Translations under genes and position numbers: made by a program | Source of the DNA: a virus | Strand: one strand, 5' to 3' | IMG/VR virus record: IMGVR_UViG_3300005337_000002 | Length of the DNA stretch: 64,000 bases | In this document: in pieces, positions 27,357 to 36,624 of the stretch | How the letters are laid out: the number at the start of each line of letters is the position of its first letter | How positions within the stretch are numbered: position 1 is the stretch's first letter | Notes under the pieces: model-generated | Seen by the model: the letters and a program-made list of their open reading frames with translations, nothing else | Databases searched by the model: none | What the model was told of the DNA's origin: nothing

Positions 27357-28330
27357 TCCGGATCCTCCTTCTCAATATAGCGACATTCATACGCGAGTTG
27401 CGCCAGCATCCCCCCTGTCGCAAAGACGTTCACATTCCCATCCTTTCGGCCGTGCTCGCGGTATCCCCAGAACTGATCCACGAGGGCAATCGGATCGCAT
27501 GGCCCTGTCGCGAAGAGGATCGCTAGGGCGTCCCGCAAGATGGTCTCGATGCGGAGGAGCTGCGCCTCTTTCAGCAGGGGATGTGCTAGCGGTCCGTCCT
27601 CCGCCGCGTCTCGGTTCGCATAGCTCGTGTAATAGGCCTGGAGCATGTCATGTACCGCATCGGCAAGCTCGGGATCCGGCTCGGGATCGCGCGGCCGGGG
27701 AAAATGTCCAAGCCATTGCGTGCCGTCATGCCGACTCACGGCATCACCGTAGGTTTCTAAGGGCGTCGTATGTGCGTGTTTTCGTTTGTTTTGTCCTACG
27801 AAAACACCCTTATATCCCTCTTGTGTGTTCTTTTCTGAAACGTTCTTCTCTTGAGAGTTCTTTTTCTTAAGAACGTTCACCTCCTGAACACCCCTGTTCA
27901 TATCCTTGATACCCCTATTCACCTCATGAACAGGGTGATGCTGTCGTGCCGCTTTACTATTGGGGTAGGTTTCGAGATATTCCTCGAAGTTTTCCCGCCA
28001 GATATCGCAGATATGAATAATATCGGTTTGCCACTGCTCCCGATCCCGCTGCTCAATGGTGATGAGCCCGGCGCGCTCCAACTCTTGTTTCGCCTTGACC
28101 ACCGCGCCTCGACTCAGTTGTGCACCCGCTGCGAGCGTCGTGGTACTCTCGTTGCAGGGTTCAGCCTGGACACCCGTAATACATTTCAGATACACATAGA
28201 GACATCGTGCAGGCATGCTGAGCCCTTTGCCCATTTTGCCACGAATAAAGGTATTGGGGATCATTGTCCACCAAGCCTTTCCTGATCCGTCATCCACAAT
28301 ACGTGATCGCTGTTCATGGGATCCTTTCAT
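27326..28330 (-). CDS. phage replication initiator (lambda O-like HTH), copy 1
   Basis: IPN...GLS.PAR.LYVYLK...LA.GAQLSRG.V..AK.EL; internal iterons. Confidence 0.7.
   Translation of the reverse strand: MKGSHEQRSRIVDDGSGKAWWTMIPNTFIRGKMGKGLSMPARCLYVYLKCITGVQAEPCNESTTTLAAGAQLSRGAVVKAKQELERAGLITIEQRDREQWQTDIIHICDIWRENFEEYLETYPNSKAARQHHPVHEVNRGIKDMNRGVQEVNVLKKKNSQEKNVSEKNTQEGYKGVFVGQNKRKHAHTTPLETYGDAVSRHDGTQWLGHFPRPRDPEPDPELADAVHDMLQAYYTSYANRDAAEDGPLAHPLLKEAQLLRIETILRDALAILFATGPCDPIALVDQFWGYREHGRKDGNVNVFATGGMLAQLAYECRYIEKEDPEWDALNALNN
27874..27932. repeat. iterons (3 copies, 21-bp period)
   Basis: cgttcacctcctgaaca, tgttcatatccttgata, tattcacctcatgaaca. Confidence 0.6.
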
Positions 28331-28451
28331 GTCCTGCCGTTCCCCCAGATGCTTGCATCCTCGCGTCACTTTCTGCCATACTCATCTCCCGTAGTAGGCG
28401 GTTCGCTCAGCCGTCGCGTATCGAGTGGTAGGCTTGGCGCGACGGTGCCTC

Positions 28452-28739
28452 TTATGCGCTTTGCTCTGTATACTCCTCCTCATCAGACGGCTTGGGAAAA
28501 CGCCGCTTTTTAATCTTTTTGGGTGATGCAGGCTCTCCAATGAGCGCATCCAGCGTTACCCCCAGCGTTTTTGCCAGGCGCCCCGCAATATCCACGGCGA
28601 TCCGCGCCCCGTCCAGTCGCCCACATTCCAACGCACTAATCGTCGGCGGCGCCACACGTGCGCGCTTGGCGAGTTCACGCTGGAGCCACCCTCGCTGTTT
28701 CCGTAAGGCCCGCACCCGAGCCCCTACTGTATCCGGCAT
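28452..28739 (-). CDS. XRE/Cro-like HTH regulator
   Basis: G.RVRALRKQRGWLQRELAKRA.V...TIS.LE.G...LA..LGV.LD.L. Confidence 0.85.
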   Translation of the reverse strand: MPDTVGARVRALRKQRGWLQRELAKRARVAPPTISALECGRLDGARIAVDIAGRLAKTLGVTLDALIGEPASPKKIKKRRFPKPSDEEEYTEQSA

Positions 28740-28759
28740 AGCGATCCTCCTTTCACTGT

Positions 28760-28831
28760 CAGTATAAAGCATAGGGAAATTTTCTGCAATAAAAAATATC
28801 CTTGAATTTTACTACAATATTCTTTATACTC
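28760..28831. promoter_or_regulatory. back-to-back sigma70 promoters at the strand switch
   Basis: Minus TTGCAG-N17-TATACT; plus TTGAAT-N18-TATACT; AT-rich island. Confidence 0.65.
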
Positions 28832-29045
28832 TTCCTTAGTACGCCCCTGCTCCTTGATAGCCTCATACGCGACGATGTGACCGATGAACCGGAAGGGTAA
28901 GCTTCGGAGCACACACGGCTACCTATCTCGTCGCAGGAGCCTGCTTGCAGGGCAAGAGGCGTTTGGACTGCTCAGGATATGGGGGTAAGTCGGTGCGGCA
29001 TTGTGCAGAACTCTGGCGTCGACGCGTGTATAGCGAATGAGAGAC

Positions 29046-29099
29046 CTCTCGTCGGGGGACTACCCCTGTGAAGAGGGCTGTAACGCCCAGAAACGAGAG
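29046..29099 (+). ncRNA. type III hammerhead-ribozyme-like motif (variant core)
   Basis: CUCUC-GUC-GGGGG(ACUA)CCCCU-GUGAAGA-GGGC(UGUAAC)GCCC-A-GAAAC-GAGAG. Confidence 0.45.
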
Positions 29100-29118
29100 C
29101 GCCCGAAGGAGCGATATC

Positions 29119-29355
29119 ATGGCAGTCCAAGAATTAGTAACCCGCCTGGGTACGGCAGAATTTTGGCAGGACGGCGAGGGAAAAATCGTGCTCATCTATC
29201 GTGACGGTGACCAGGACAGTCCCGTGCGGGATCTCCTGTCGATCGCGCCAAGCTTTCGCACGAAACGCGAGAGTGCAGTGGAGCACCTATTCAGGGAACT
29301 CGTGCGGTTGAATCCACGGCTGAAGGGTGAGAAGGTCACGAGAGAAGGCAACTGA
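29119..29355 (+). CDS. small hypothetical protein, first gene of rightward early operon
   Basis: GAAGGAG RBS before ATG 29119. Confidence 0.6.
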   Translation: MAVQELVTRLGTAEFWQDGEGKIVLIYRDGDQDSPVRDLLSIAPSFRTKRESAVEHLFRELVRLNPRLKGEKVTREGN

Positions 29356-29366
29356 AGGAGACACCG

Positions 29367-29585
29367 ATGAGCTATCATCGTGGCCATGTGCGCGGCCCCA
29401 AGCGCGAGCGGACACACAGTCAGGACTGGTACGCCCCCATTCAGGAGGCGATCATTGCGCGGCTGGAGCAGGAAGAAGCGGCGACGCTCGCAGCCCTCCT
29501 CGCTGACACCACCTATCCTGAGCCGCTCTACGAGGCGGAACGTGCGTGGCAAGAACAACGCGCTATAGAGGAGCATAACCGCTGA
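29367..29585 (+). CDS. small hypothetical protein
   Basis: GAAGGAG RBS. Confidence 0.55.
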   Translation: MSYHRGHVRGPKRERTHSQDWYAPIQEAIIARLEQEEAATLAALLADTTYPEPLYEAERAWQEQRAIEEHNR

Positions 29586-29643
29586 ACCCCCGCCAGCGGC
29601 AAGAGCGGATGTGACAGCATGAAGGTATGAAGGGAATGCACCT

Positions 29644-29862
29644 ATGAAAACTGCGCAAGAATGGCAGGCGTATCTCGTGAGCAAAGGGGTGGCTGATACC
29701 AGCGATTTCTTTGCAATACTCAAAGACCTGGAAGCGCGGGAGCGGGAGACAGAGCAGGTACGCAGGGATCTGTCCGCAAAGCTGACGATTACTGAAGATG
29801 AGATCACAACCTGGAATGCCACGCAAGCGCGGCCCGTAGGCTTTCGGCGGCTGCCTTGCTAA
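29644..29862 (+). CDS. small hypothetical protein
   Basis: RBS; followed by hairpins. Confidence 0.55.
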   Translation: MKTAQEWQAYLVSKGVADTSDFFAILKDLEARERETEQVRRDLSAKLTITEDEITTWNATQARPVGFRRLPC

Positions 29863-29935
29863 GCAAGGCGTGACATCGCCATCTTTACACCTAGCGTAAA
29901 GATGGAAAAACAGCCCCCCCAGAAAGGACAGACGC

Positions 29936-30163
29936 ATGACGGATGACACTGCCTCCATCTTCAGCGCCCAACTCTGTGGCGCCATCGACAATCTCACTGA
30001 GGCCGTGCGAGAGGTTGCCGCCCAACTGTACCCGCTGGCGGCCCTGGTCGCGACGACGAAAGCACTCGATGAGCATCTCACTGCGCTGATCGAAACGACA
30101 CGGTCCCTGCGGACACTCGTGACGCTGGCAGATGACGTGCACACCATTGCGCAGAGGCGCTAA
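29936..30163 (+). CDS. small helical protein
   Basis: GAAAGGA RBS. Confidence 0.55.
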   Translation: MTDDTASIFSAQLCGAIDNLTEAVREVAAQLYPLAALVATTKALDEHLTALIETTRSLRTLVTLADDVHTIAQRR

Positions 30164-30211
30164 CACATATACCGGGGGGGGGCATATGCCCCCTCTTCGT
30201 AGGAGGCGATT

Positions 30212-30409
30212 GTGGAGAGTGACGAGCGCACTTACTTGCTGCGGGTTGCGCTCGCAGCACAAACGTTGCTTGGGCGTTTGGACACGCTTACCACGCAGGA
30301 GTGCAGTGCAGGCGGCGACAAGCCTGAGCGTGAGGCCTTACGCACGGCATTCCGTGGGACACCCGCGCGGCACCATGAGGAGGAGACCTATGCCGACCCA
30401 CATCTGTGA
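30212..30409 (+). CDS. small hypothetical protein
   Basis: AGGAGG RBS. Confidence 0.5.
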   Translation: MESDERTYLLRVALAAQTLLGRLDTLTTQECSAGGDKPEREALRTAFRGTPARHHEEETYADPHL

Positions 30410-30614
30410 CAGCGGCACCCGCTTCCATTACAACAGCGATCTCTCGGGCGATGTCCTGGTCCAGGTGGGGCGCGCTGGGGTCACGACGCACCATCCGGTC
30501 GCGATTCCTGGCCACGATCTGCTGGCCTTTGTGGCAGAATACGTCCGCCGGCGCAAGATCAACCAATGGGAAGATGCCTCCACCGCGGAGCTTCTCGGGC
30601 TGCCTTCACTTTAG
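30390..30614 (+). CDS. small conserved phage-type protein
   Basis: FHYNSDLSGDV...IP..DLLAFVAEYVR motif; GGAGG RBS. Confidence 0.6.
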   Translation: MPTHICDSGTRFHYNSDLSGDVLVQVGRAGVTTHHPVAIPGHDLLAFVAEYVRRRKINQWEDASTAELLGLPSL

Positions 30615-30630
30615 AGAAAGGGCCTATTCT

Positions 30631-30837
30631 ATGTATTGCGCGCTGCGCTGGACCCGCCACAACAACCAACGTCCCAAGCTCGACTATCTCAGTGATATTG
30701 CCACGCTGCTGCGGCTGGCGTACGAAGCAGGGCTGGCCCAAGAAGAGATCGTGATCCATGAATACGTCAACAGTGAGATGTATGGCGCATCCTGCACGCC
30801 TCTTTTTGACTCAGAGCCCCAGGCCCGCACAGCATAA
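30631..30837 (+). CDS. small hypothetical protein
   Basis: GAAAGG RBS. Confidence 0.45.
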   Translation: MYCALRWTRHNNQRPKLDYLSDIATLLRLAYEAGLAQEEIVIHEYVNSEMYGASCTPLFDSEPQARTA

Positions 30838-30870
30838 AAAGCCCACGCGACGCAGAGAAAGGAAGACCTG

Positions 30871-31062
30871 ATGCGCACCGCCCATGACTTCCAGATGTAT
30901 CCCTGCGATAGTTGTGGCGAAGAGCTATGTCCTGTCTGTGGGATCTATCGCCTTGCAGGACAGCCAGAAGACTGTTGGCAATTCCACATGAGCATCTGTG
31001 CCAGTATCGCTGATCGGGAAGACACACAACGCATGATCGACCCTGACGCCGATTGGCTGTAA
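30871..31062 (+). CDS. small Cys-rich protein
   Basis: CDSC..CPVC; GAAAGGA RBS. Confidence 0.5.
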   Translation: MRTAHDFQMYPCDSCGEELCPVCGIYRLAGQPEDCWQFHMSICASIADREDTQRMIDPDADWL

Positions 31063-31115
31063 CCCGCACGCCCTGGGATGGCCCCAGGGCATACCCTCAC
31101 ATGCAGGAGCAGCGT

Positions 31116-31271
31116 ATGTATCGCATTCTCGTTGTGACCTTTAATGGCGCGATCCATTGGCACGCAAGTTATATGAGTGACAGCATCCCTGATACGCAAG
31201 CGATGGCATGCCTGCCTCATGTGTGGCAGGTCGATATTTGGGATACCTCGCAGCAACAATACGTGTTCTAA
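31116..31271 (+). CDS. small hypothetical protein
   Basis: AGGAG RBS. Confidence 0.45.
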   Translation: MYRILVVTFNGAIHWHASYMSDSIPDTQAMACLPHVWQVDIWDTSQQQYVF

Positions 31272-31309
31272 CCCTGGCGCCCTGGTCCGCCAGGGCATGG
31301 AGCAGAACG

Positions 31310-31513
31310 ATGCAGCAGGATCTTTTCCTCAATCTGTTAACCCTTGCGGCGGACAGTCCCGCCCAACTCCGCCGCTCGGATGTCTACCGCGTGGTGCGTG
31401 ACGCCGAAGATATGGGGTGTGCGTCAGCTTTCTGTGACTGGCTGGCGGCGCTGCGCCCTGACCTCCAGACAGAAATTACTGAGTGCTTCGAGGAGCTGAG
31501 CACCACGCACTAA
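31310..31513 (+). CDS. small hypothetical protein
   Basis: GGAG RBS. Confidence 0.5.
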   Translation: MQQDLFLNLLTLAADSPAQLRRSDVYRVVRDAEDMGCASAFCDWLAALRPDLQTEITECFEELSTTH

Positions 31514-31770
31514 CCCCACCGGGGCCACCCGGCCCCCAGCAGGAGACAACGGATGAGCAACATGGAAATGGCCTGTCGGCTGCGCATCGCTGACGCCTAT
31601 ACCTGCGCCTGCGTCACCGTTGCTGGCCCCATACAAGCCAACCTCAAGTGGGCAATATTTTGGCGCTATGCCCGCGCCATTGGCGTCAGAGACATTCCAC
31701 TTCATGGTCGAGTCCACCTAGACTTCACCTAAACATACGAGAGACTACCCAACTCCAAGGAGGAGCGCCA

Positions 31771-31932
31771 ATGGAGAGTTACATAGACATCACGACGAAG
31801 GACGGCTATGCAGCGAGAATAACTGGCGATGATGCTGCCGTGCAGAAAGTTGAGGAGCTACTGACGGCGCAAGGATGGCAATGGAATGAGCAAGTATTGA
31901 CCTTAGACGAAGGATTTTATCCCACAGACTAA
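31771..31932 (+). CDS. small acidic protein
   Basis: AGGAGG RBS. Confidence 0.5.
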   Translation: MESYIDITTKDGYAARITGDDAAVQKVEELLTAQGWQWNEQVLTLDEGFYPTD

Positions 31933-32016
31933 CAGCATCAGCGCTGGCCGCTTCCGCCAAGAGTAGGCCAGCGCTGGCTGATTCCCCCTACGCTTCAAGG
32001 ATAGGAGTTGAGAATC

Positions 32017-32286
32017 ATGGCTATTATCGCACCATCCACCCCCACCCGCAAGGCCCCCCCAGTCTACCGGGCGCATGTGTACGACGAACCAGGGGCCCTG
32101 GCGAAGATCGAGGGCATCATCTACTTTTTCAGCGACAGCGGCACCATCACCGAAGTGGAGCCGACCGATTGCCCCTGGATCACCATTCTTGGCCAGGCGG
32201 CCCTAGCGGAAACGCAGGCCATCCTGGATCGGCTGCACGGCGGCGCGGCGGCGGTGTGTACCTCACGCGCCATGGAGGTGCGGTAA
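32017..32286 (+). CDS. hypothetical protein
   Basis: AGGAG RBS. Confidence 0.55.
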   Translation: MAIIAPSTPTRKAPPVYRAHVYDEPGALAKIEGIIYFFSDSGTITEVEPTDCPWITILGQAALAETQAILDRLHGGAAAVCTSRAMEVR

Positions 32287-32602
32287 TGTCGCTACGTAGC
32301 TGGCTGTGTGGCTTTGTGCTGGGGTGCCTGCTCTGGGGCCTCTGGCTCGTGGTGTAACGAGACGCGGGGGAGGATAAGCACTTCCCCGCCACACGCATAG
32401 AAAGGAACACGCACCGTGACTGTCCCACCGTCGCCCGCCTGCACTGACAGGCGCCGTCCTGGGGACCCGCGCTCTGTACTCCAGCATGATATCGCGGTGT
32501 TTGGCTGGAGCGTTGTGTGGGCATTTGCGTCCTATGTGACGGATCGCCTGCTTGAAGAGGCGGGGAAGCGAGGGGTTGAGCACTCCCCTAGAAAGGACAC
32601 TC

Positions 32603-33085
32603 GTGATCCATCATAAATTCGATACCGAGACCCATGTGTATTTCTATGAGAACGAATTTTACCCGCTCTCGAATTTCTCGGCCTTTCGCCTCAAGTGGAA
32701 AGGGCTGGACTTCGACACGAGCGAGCATGCCTATCACTGGGAGAAGTTTGTGAGTCCGTCGCGCCACGAGGCATTGCTCGCCATTCAACAGCAAATCATG
32801 CAGGCGCGCTCCGCGCACGAGGCATTTAAGATTGCGGAGCGCTATGGACAATTGCGGCGCGCAGACTGGCTCACTATACGTCTCGATACTATGCGCAGCA
32901 TCCTCCAAGCAAAAGTCGAGCAACATGAGTATGTGCGCCGCAAGCTACTGGAGACGGGCGACCGGCTGCTGATCGAAGATTCATGGCGGGATGCCTATTG
33001 GGGATGGGGTCAACATGAAGATGGTGCCAATATGTTAGGGAAACTCTGGATGGAGATTCGCACTGAGCTGCGAAAGGAGGAGTAA
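32603..33085 (+). CDS. NADAR (YbiA-like) family protein
   Basis: FY....LSNF......SEH.Y...KF...R.DW...M...L.AK..QH......LLETG.R.L.E.S..D.YWG.G..G.NMLG.L.ME.R. Confidence 0.9.
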   Translation: MIHHKFDTETHVYFYENEFYPLSNFSAFRLKWKGLDFDTSEHAYHWEKFVSPSRHEALLAIQQQIMQARSAHEAFKIAERYGQLRRADWLTIRLDTMRSILQAKVEQHEYVRRKLLETGDRLLIEDSWRDAYWGWGQHEDGANMLGKLWMEIRTELRKEE

Positions 33086-33251
33086 CCCCCCATGACCCTC
33101 CACACCTGGTATGACGCCACAGGGCGCCTCGTGCGCGAGTGGCACTGCTGCGGCTTGCTGTGGCAACTGCTCCTCACGCGCCACTTCCCGGCCCGGCAAA
33201 CGTGGCGCCCCCGGTGTCCGCGGTGCCACCACCCAGAAAGGACCTCGTAAC

Positions 33252-33449
33252 ATGCAGGAGCCGTGTACCTGTCCCGGCGATTATCACACCTATCTTCTCC
33301 GTGCGGATGGCACGGTCGTCATCGAGCGGCATCATGCCTGGTGCCCGGCCTCGACGCAGTATATCCCCCGGTTGCACTGGCACGACCGCGCCTGTTATGC
33401 CCAGGGAAAGCTGATATGTGGTAAGCGCGCGGGCGTCGATGTCCGCTAA
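33252..33449 (+). CDS. small Cys/His-rich protein
   Basis: GAAAGGA RBS. Confidence 0.4.
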   Translation: MQEPCTCPGDYHTYLLRADGTVVIERHHAWCPASTQYIPRLHWHDRACYAQGKLICGKRAGVDVR

Positions 33450-33496
33450 CCACTCAAAACCCACTGGCCCTGTGCTAGGGGGAGAAAGGCAATGTC

Positions 33497-33760
33497 ATGG
33501 ACCTCAGTGATGCCGCGGCGCAACGACGACTCGCGACCATCCTCCAGGCCCATGCCGCAACGTTCTGTCCTACCTGTGGCCGGCACCTGGATTGTGGTGA
33601 TCTCGCGTGGACAAGAGGGCAGACGGAGGCGGGCACCGCATTTTCGACCGTCGAGATTGTGTGCCAGGCATGTGACACGAGCATCGCGCATGTGTCTTCC
33701 TGGTATCCTGCTGAAACACTAGAAGAGGTGCTCGATCTGCTGGAGGACGAGTGGCAGTGA
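33497..33760 (+). CDS. zinc-ribbon protein
   Basis: CPTC...CQAC. Confidence 0.55.
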   Translation: MDLSDAAAQRRLATILQAHAATFCPTCGRHLDCGDLAWTRGQTEAGTAFSTVEIVCQACDTSIAHVSSWYPAETLEEVLDLLEDEWQ

Positions 33761-33798
33761 AGTGATCACCCTTGAGAACGTGAGAAAGGAGCAGACAC

Positions 33799-34041
33799 AT
33801 GTCCCATACAACCCCGTGCATGCGCCGCCCGCACGTCAAGCGGCTGGCGGCATGGATACTGTTCGTCACCCTTGTCGTGTGCGTGGCAGGGCTCCTCCAT
33901 ACCGTCGCTGTGTCCCATCGTCTCCAACTGCGCCTCAGCTATCTTGATGGCTATAGCCAGGGTCTTGGCTGGTCGCAGTGCATCATGGACGGAGCGTCGC
34001 GCACGCATTGTGATACAACCTTTTCGGAAAAGAAGGAGTGA
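33799..34041 (+). CDS. small membrane protein
   Basis: TM segment; AAGGAG RBS. Confidence 0.5.
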   Translation: MSHTTPCMRRPHVKRLAAWILFVTLVVCVAGLLHTVAVSHRLQLRLSYLDGYSQGLGWSQCIMDGASRTHCDTTFSEKKE

Positions 34042-34141
34042 TCCATGACCTGTTTACTACCCTCGATTGCCCAGGATTATTGCGGCGAGAAGGGACTGCT
34101 CTAGGTCCCAATGTTCTCCACACATATAACAGGAGCATGCC

Positions 34142-34381
34142 ATGACGATTTGTATGCAGTGTCGATTTTTTCTCAGCAAGGGGGCAATCTGGTACGATCA
34201 ATTTTGCCAAGCGAGCCCTCGCGAACGTGCCATCGATCCCGTCACGGGGATGTCGGGGTATAAGGCCGCCAATGATCTCGGACGGGTCTATGTGACCGAC
34301 CAACCCTACGCCTATGCGCGAGATATCAATGTCGATGGGCAGTGTCCGCTCTTTCAAGCGCACAAGAAGGATCTGCTATGA
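34142..34381 (+). CDS. small Cys-containing phage protein
   Basis: C..C.F....DPVTG...N.DG.C..F motif. Confidence 0.55.
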   Translation: MTICMQCRFFLSKGAIWYDQFCQASPRERAIDPVTGMSGYKAANDLGRVYVTDQPYAYARDINVDGQCPLFQAHKKDLL

Positions 34382-34776
34382 GTGACAAGCATAATCTCTC
34401 CGACTATACCCCTGAAGAGATTCAGCAGTGGCAGGCGTCCGCCTATCCGTCCGCGTCGGGACGCACCTGGCGCCGGCGGCTCCATACGGTCATTGCAACC
34501 GCAGTGCCTCCACGCTGTATCCCTCTCCTCGAATGGCTCGAAGAGGTCCTCGCGTGCGTGCCGCCGGCATGGACCTTTCTGCCTTTTCTGGCCGTCGGCG
34601 TCGTCCTGCTGGTCACGCAGAGTATGACCCCGCCCGCCCCGCCGTTCGACACCGCCAGCTTCGGCCTCGTGCCCATGACGCCCCAGCCGGAGCCTCTCCT
34701 GCGGTTCTATGGCAAGGTCCTCGTTGACCTTGCCTGCATCGGTATTCCGCTGGGCCTTGTGTTCCATAGACGCTAG
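34378..34776 (+). CDS. membrane protein sharing an N-terminal motif with 21139-21987
   Basis: DYTPEEI..W..SAY.SASGRTWRR; two TMs. Confidence 0.55.
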   Translation: MSDKHNLSDYTPEEIQQWQASAYPSASGRTWRRRLHTVIATAVPPRCIPLLEWLEEVLACVPPAWTFLPFLAVGVVLLVTQSMTPPAPPFDTASFGLVPMTPQPEPLLRFYGKVLVDLACIGIPLGLVFHRR

Positions 34777-34840
34777 GAACATCCCAGTATCCTGAAGATC
34801 GCGAGCCCTTAACGCCATGCTTCCTGGAAGGAACGTTACT

Positions 34841-35146
34841 ATGAGTCGCTATTCGATTCCCGCCTGTGATGCGTCCCTCACCTGTGTCGTGGGGTACGAT
34901 CCTCCACTAGAGACCTATTTCGCGCAGGTGGACGACCCCAATGATCCCGACGAGACCACGGCCCTGCGCCTCTGGCTCGGGGGTGCCCCGCAGGCCATTC
35001 CCACGGTGGCGCAGTTGCGCGAGCAGCTCGGCGGCTGGGCCAGTCTCCCGCAGGACGTGTGGGCGCATCTCGTCGCTGACAAGAGCGCTGCTACCCCACC
35101 GACACCGCTGCAGCGCATGTTGCACGACATGATGCGTCGTGCATGA
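34841..35146 (+). CDS. conserved mobile-element hypothetical protein
   Basis: MSRY...VVGYDPPLETYFAQV motif. Confidence 0.6.
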   Translation: MSRYSIPACDASLTCVVGYDPPLETYFAQVDDPNDPDETTALRLWLGGAPQAIPTVAQLREQLGGWASLPQDVWAHLVADKSAATPPTPLQRMLHDMMRRA

Positions 35147-35179
35147 GACCTGAGCCACCTACGAACAGAGGAGCAGCGT

Positions 35180-35464
35180 ATGGCCGGAAAGAAACAACGC
35201 GGGGCCGCGCCCCATGTGCAAGAAAACACCACCGTCGCAACGCTGAATGATGTCCAGCATCTGCTGCGCGACTATGCCATGACCATTGCCCCCTCAGCAA
35301 AATATAACTGTTGGCTGGTCTTTAGCCAGCGCGATCCGACCATGTCAAAGGTCTGGACACGCTTTGAATACCTTCCCTTGGCGATAGTCGAATGCGCAGA
35401 CCGTGTTGAGCATCCAGAACAGCATGAGATGCCAGTCACCTTCGACTATCTTCTCGCACACTAA
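35180..35464 (+). CDS. hypothetical protein
   Basis: GAGGAG RBS. Confidence 0.5.
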   Translation: MAGKKQRGAAPHVQENTTVATLNDVQHLLRDYAMTIAPSAKYNCWLVFSQRDPTMSKVWTRFEYLPLAIVECADRVEHPEQHEMPVTFDYLLAH

Positions 35465-35814
35465 TGGTCATGAGGCCTTTGCCTGAAAAGGAGAAGTGTA
35501 TGGCCGCCCTGGTGATCAGCATTGCCGCCTTGCGTCGGCAGTATCCCTCGCCGTCGATCTCCCATCCCGCCCGTCCTCCTGGCACGTATTGTGTCGGCGG
35601 GTCCGTGTGCCTGAGCCTCAATCCCCGTGCCCGTCCGTTTCCGAGTGACCTGGAACTCGCCCGCGCCTTACGTCTCGTCAATCCGACCCTTCCTAAGGTC
35701 ATGGCGCGTCGTCTGGCGGAGGCGATTATCGATCACAACGATGGCGGAGATTTCGAGGCGGCGTATCGCGCACTCCGGAGAGCATTACGGCCGCAATGGT
35801 CGAAGAGTGCCTAG
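35464..35814 (+). CDS. hypothetical protein
   Basis: YCVGG...A..II..ND.G.FE.A motif. Confidence 0.55.
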   Translation: MVMRPLPEKEKCMAALVISIAALRRQYPSPSISHPARPPGTYCVGGSVCLSLNPRARPFPSDLELARALRLVNPTLPKVMARRLAEAIIDHNDGGDFEAAYRALRRALRPQWSKSA

Positions 35815-35898
35815 GAACAGGACGGGCCTCGCAGAGGCGAGCCACCCCTCGCGAGGCCCCTGTCACGCAAGCTGTGGAACTGTGGAAAGGAAAGTGGG

Positions 35899-36621
35899 AT
35901 GAGTATAGAGACAACCCTTGACGGTGTCAACGGCGCTGCGCACCTCTCCTGGCGTGAGGCCGTGCAGCAGGTGAGTACCATCGCCCATGCGAAGCTGCCG
36001 CCGGCCCTGCATAGTCGCCTCGAAATGGCGACGGCCCTGGTCCTCGACGGCAAAGTCTGGCCCGAAGAGGAGGGGGTGCGCATGGCCGTGCAGGCCACCG
36101 TGCGCGATCCCGCTGCGCCGCCAACGTACTTCTGGGTCCAGGAGACGTGCCCCTGCCCTGATGCCCTGCACCAGGCGCCCGAGGGCTTGTGCAAGCACCT
36201 CCTGGCCACCAAGCTGTATCGCCGGGCCAGTGCACTGTGTGGCGCCCACGCCACGCCCGCTGTGACGCTCCCCCCCGACATCCCGGCCGAGCATTGCGTC
36301 CTCGTGCACGGCGTCGTGTACGTCCGCTATATCGGGCTGCTGGCGCTCGCCCATGAGCGAGGGCTCGTCAGCCTCAAGGCCACCTTCCTCAGCGTCACGC
36401 CCGAGTTGGCGCTGGCGACGGCCGAGGCCACCTTTGCCGATGGGCGCACGTTCACTGAGGCGGGGGATGCGACGCCGCAGAACGTGACGCCGCAGATTCG
36501 TCCGCACTTTCCACGCATGGCCCTGACCAGGGCAAAATCGAGGGTCTTGCGTGATTCCCTCAATATCAGTCAATGTTCGCTGGAAGAACTCGGCGACGAA
36601 ATCCATGAGAAGGAGCACTAA
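35899..36621 (+). CDS. SWIM zinc finger fused to Rad52/22-like ssDNA-annealing domain
   Basis: CPCPD...CKH; Y...GLL.LAH...GDA.P.NV....RMALTRAK.R.LRD..NI. Confidence 0.7.
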   Translation: MSIETTLDGVNGAAHLSWREAVQQVSTIAHAKLPPALHSRLEMATALVLDGKVWPEEEGVRMAVQATVRDPAAPPTYFWVQETCPCPDALHQAPEGLCKHLLATKLYRRASALCGAHATPAVTLPPDIPAEHCVLVHGVVYVRYIGLLALAHERGLVSLKATFLSVTPELALATAEATFADGRTFTEAGDATPQNVTPQIRPHFPRMALTRAKSRVLRDSLNISQCSLEELGDEIHEKEH

Positions 36622-36624
36622 CCG

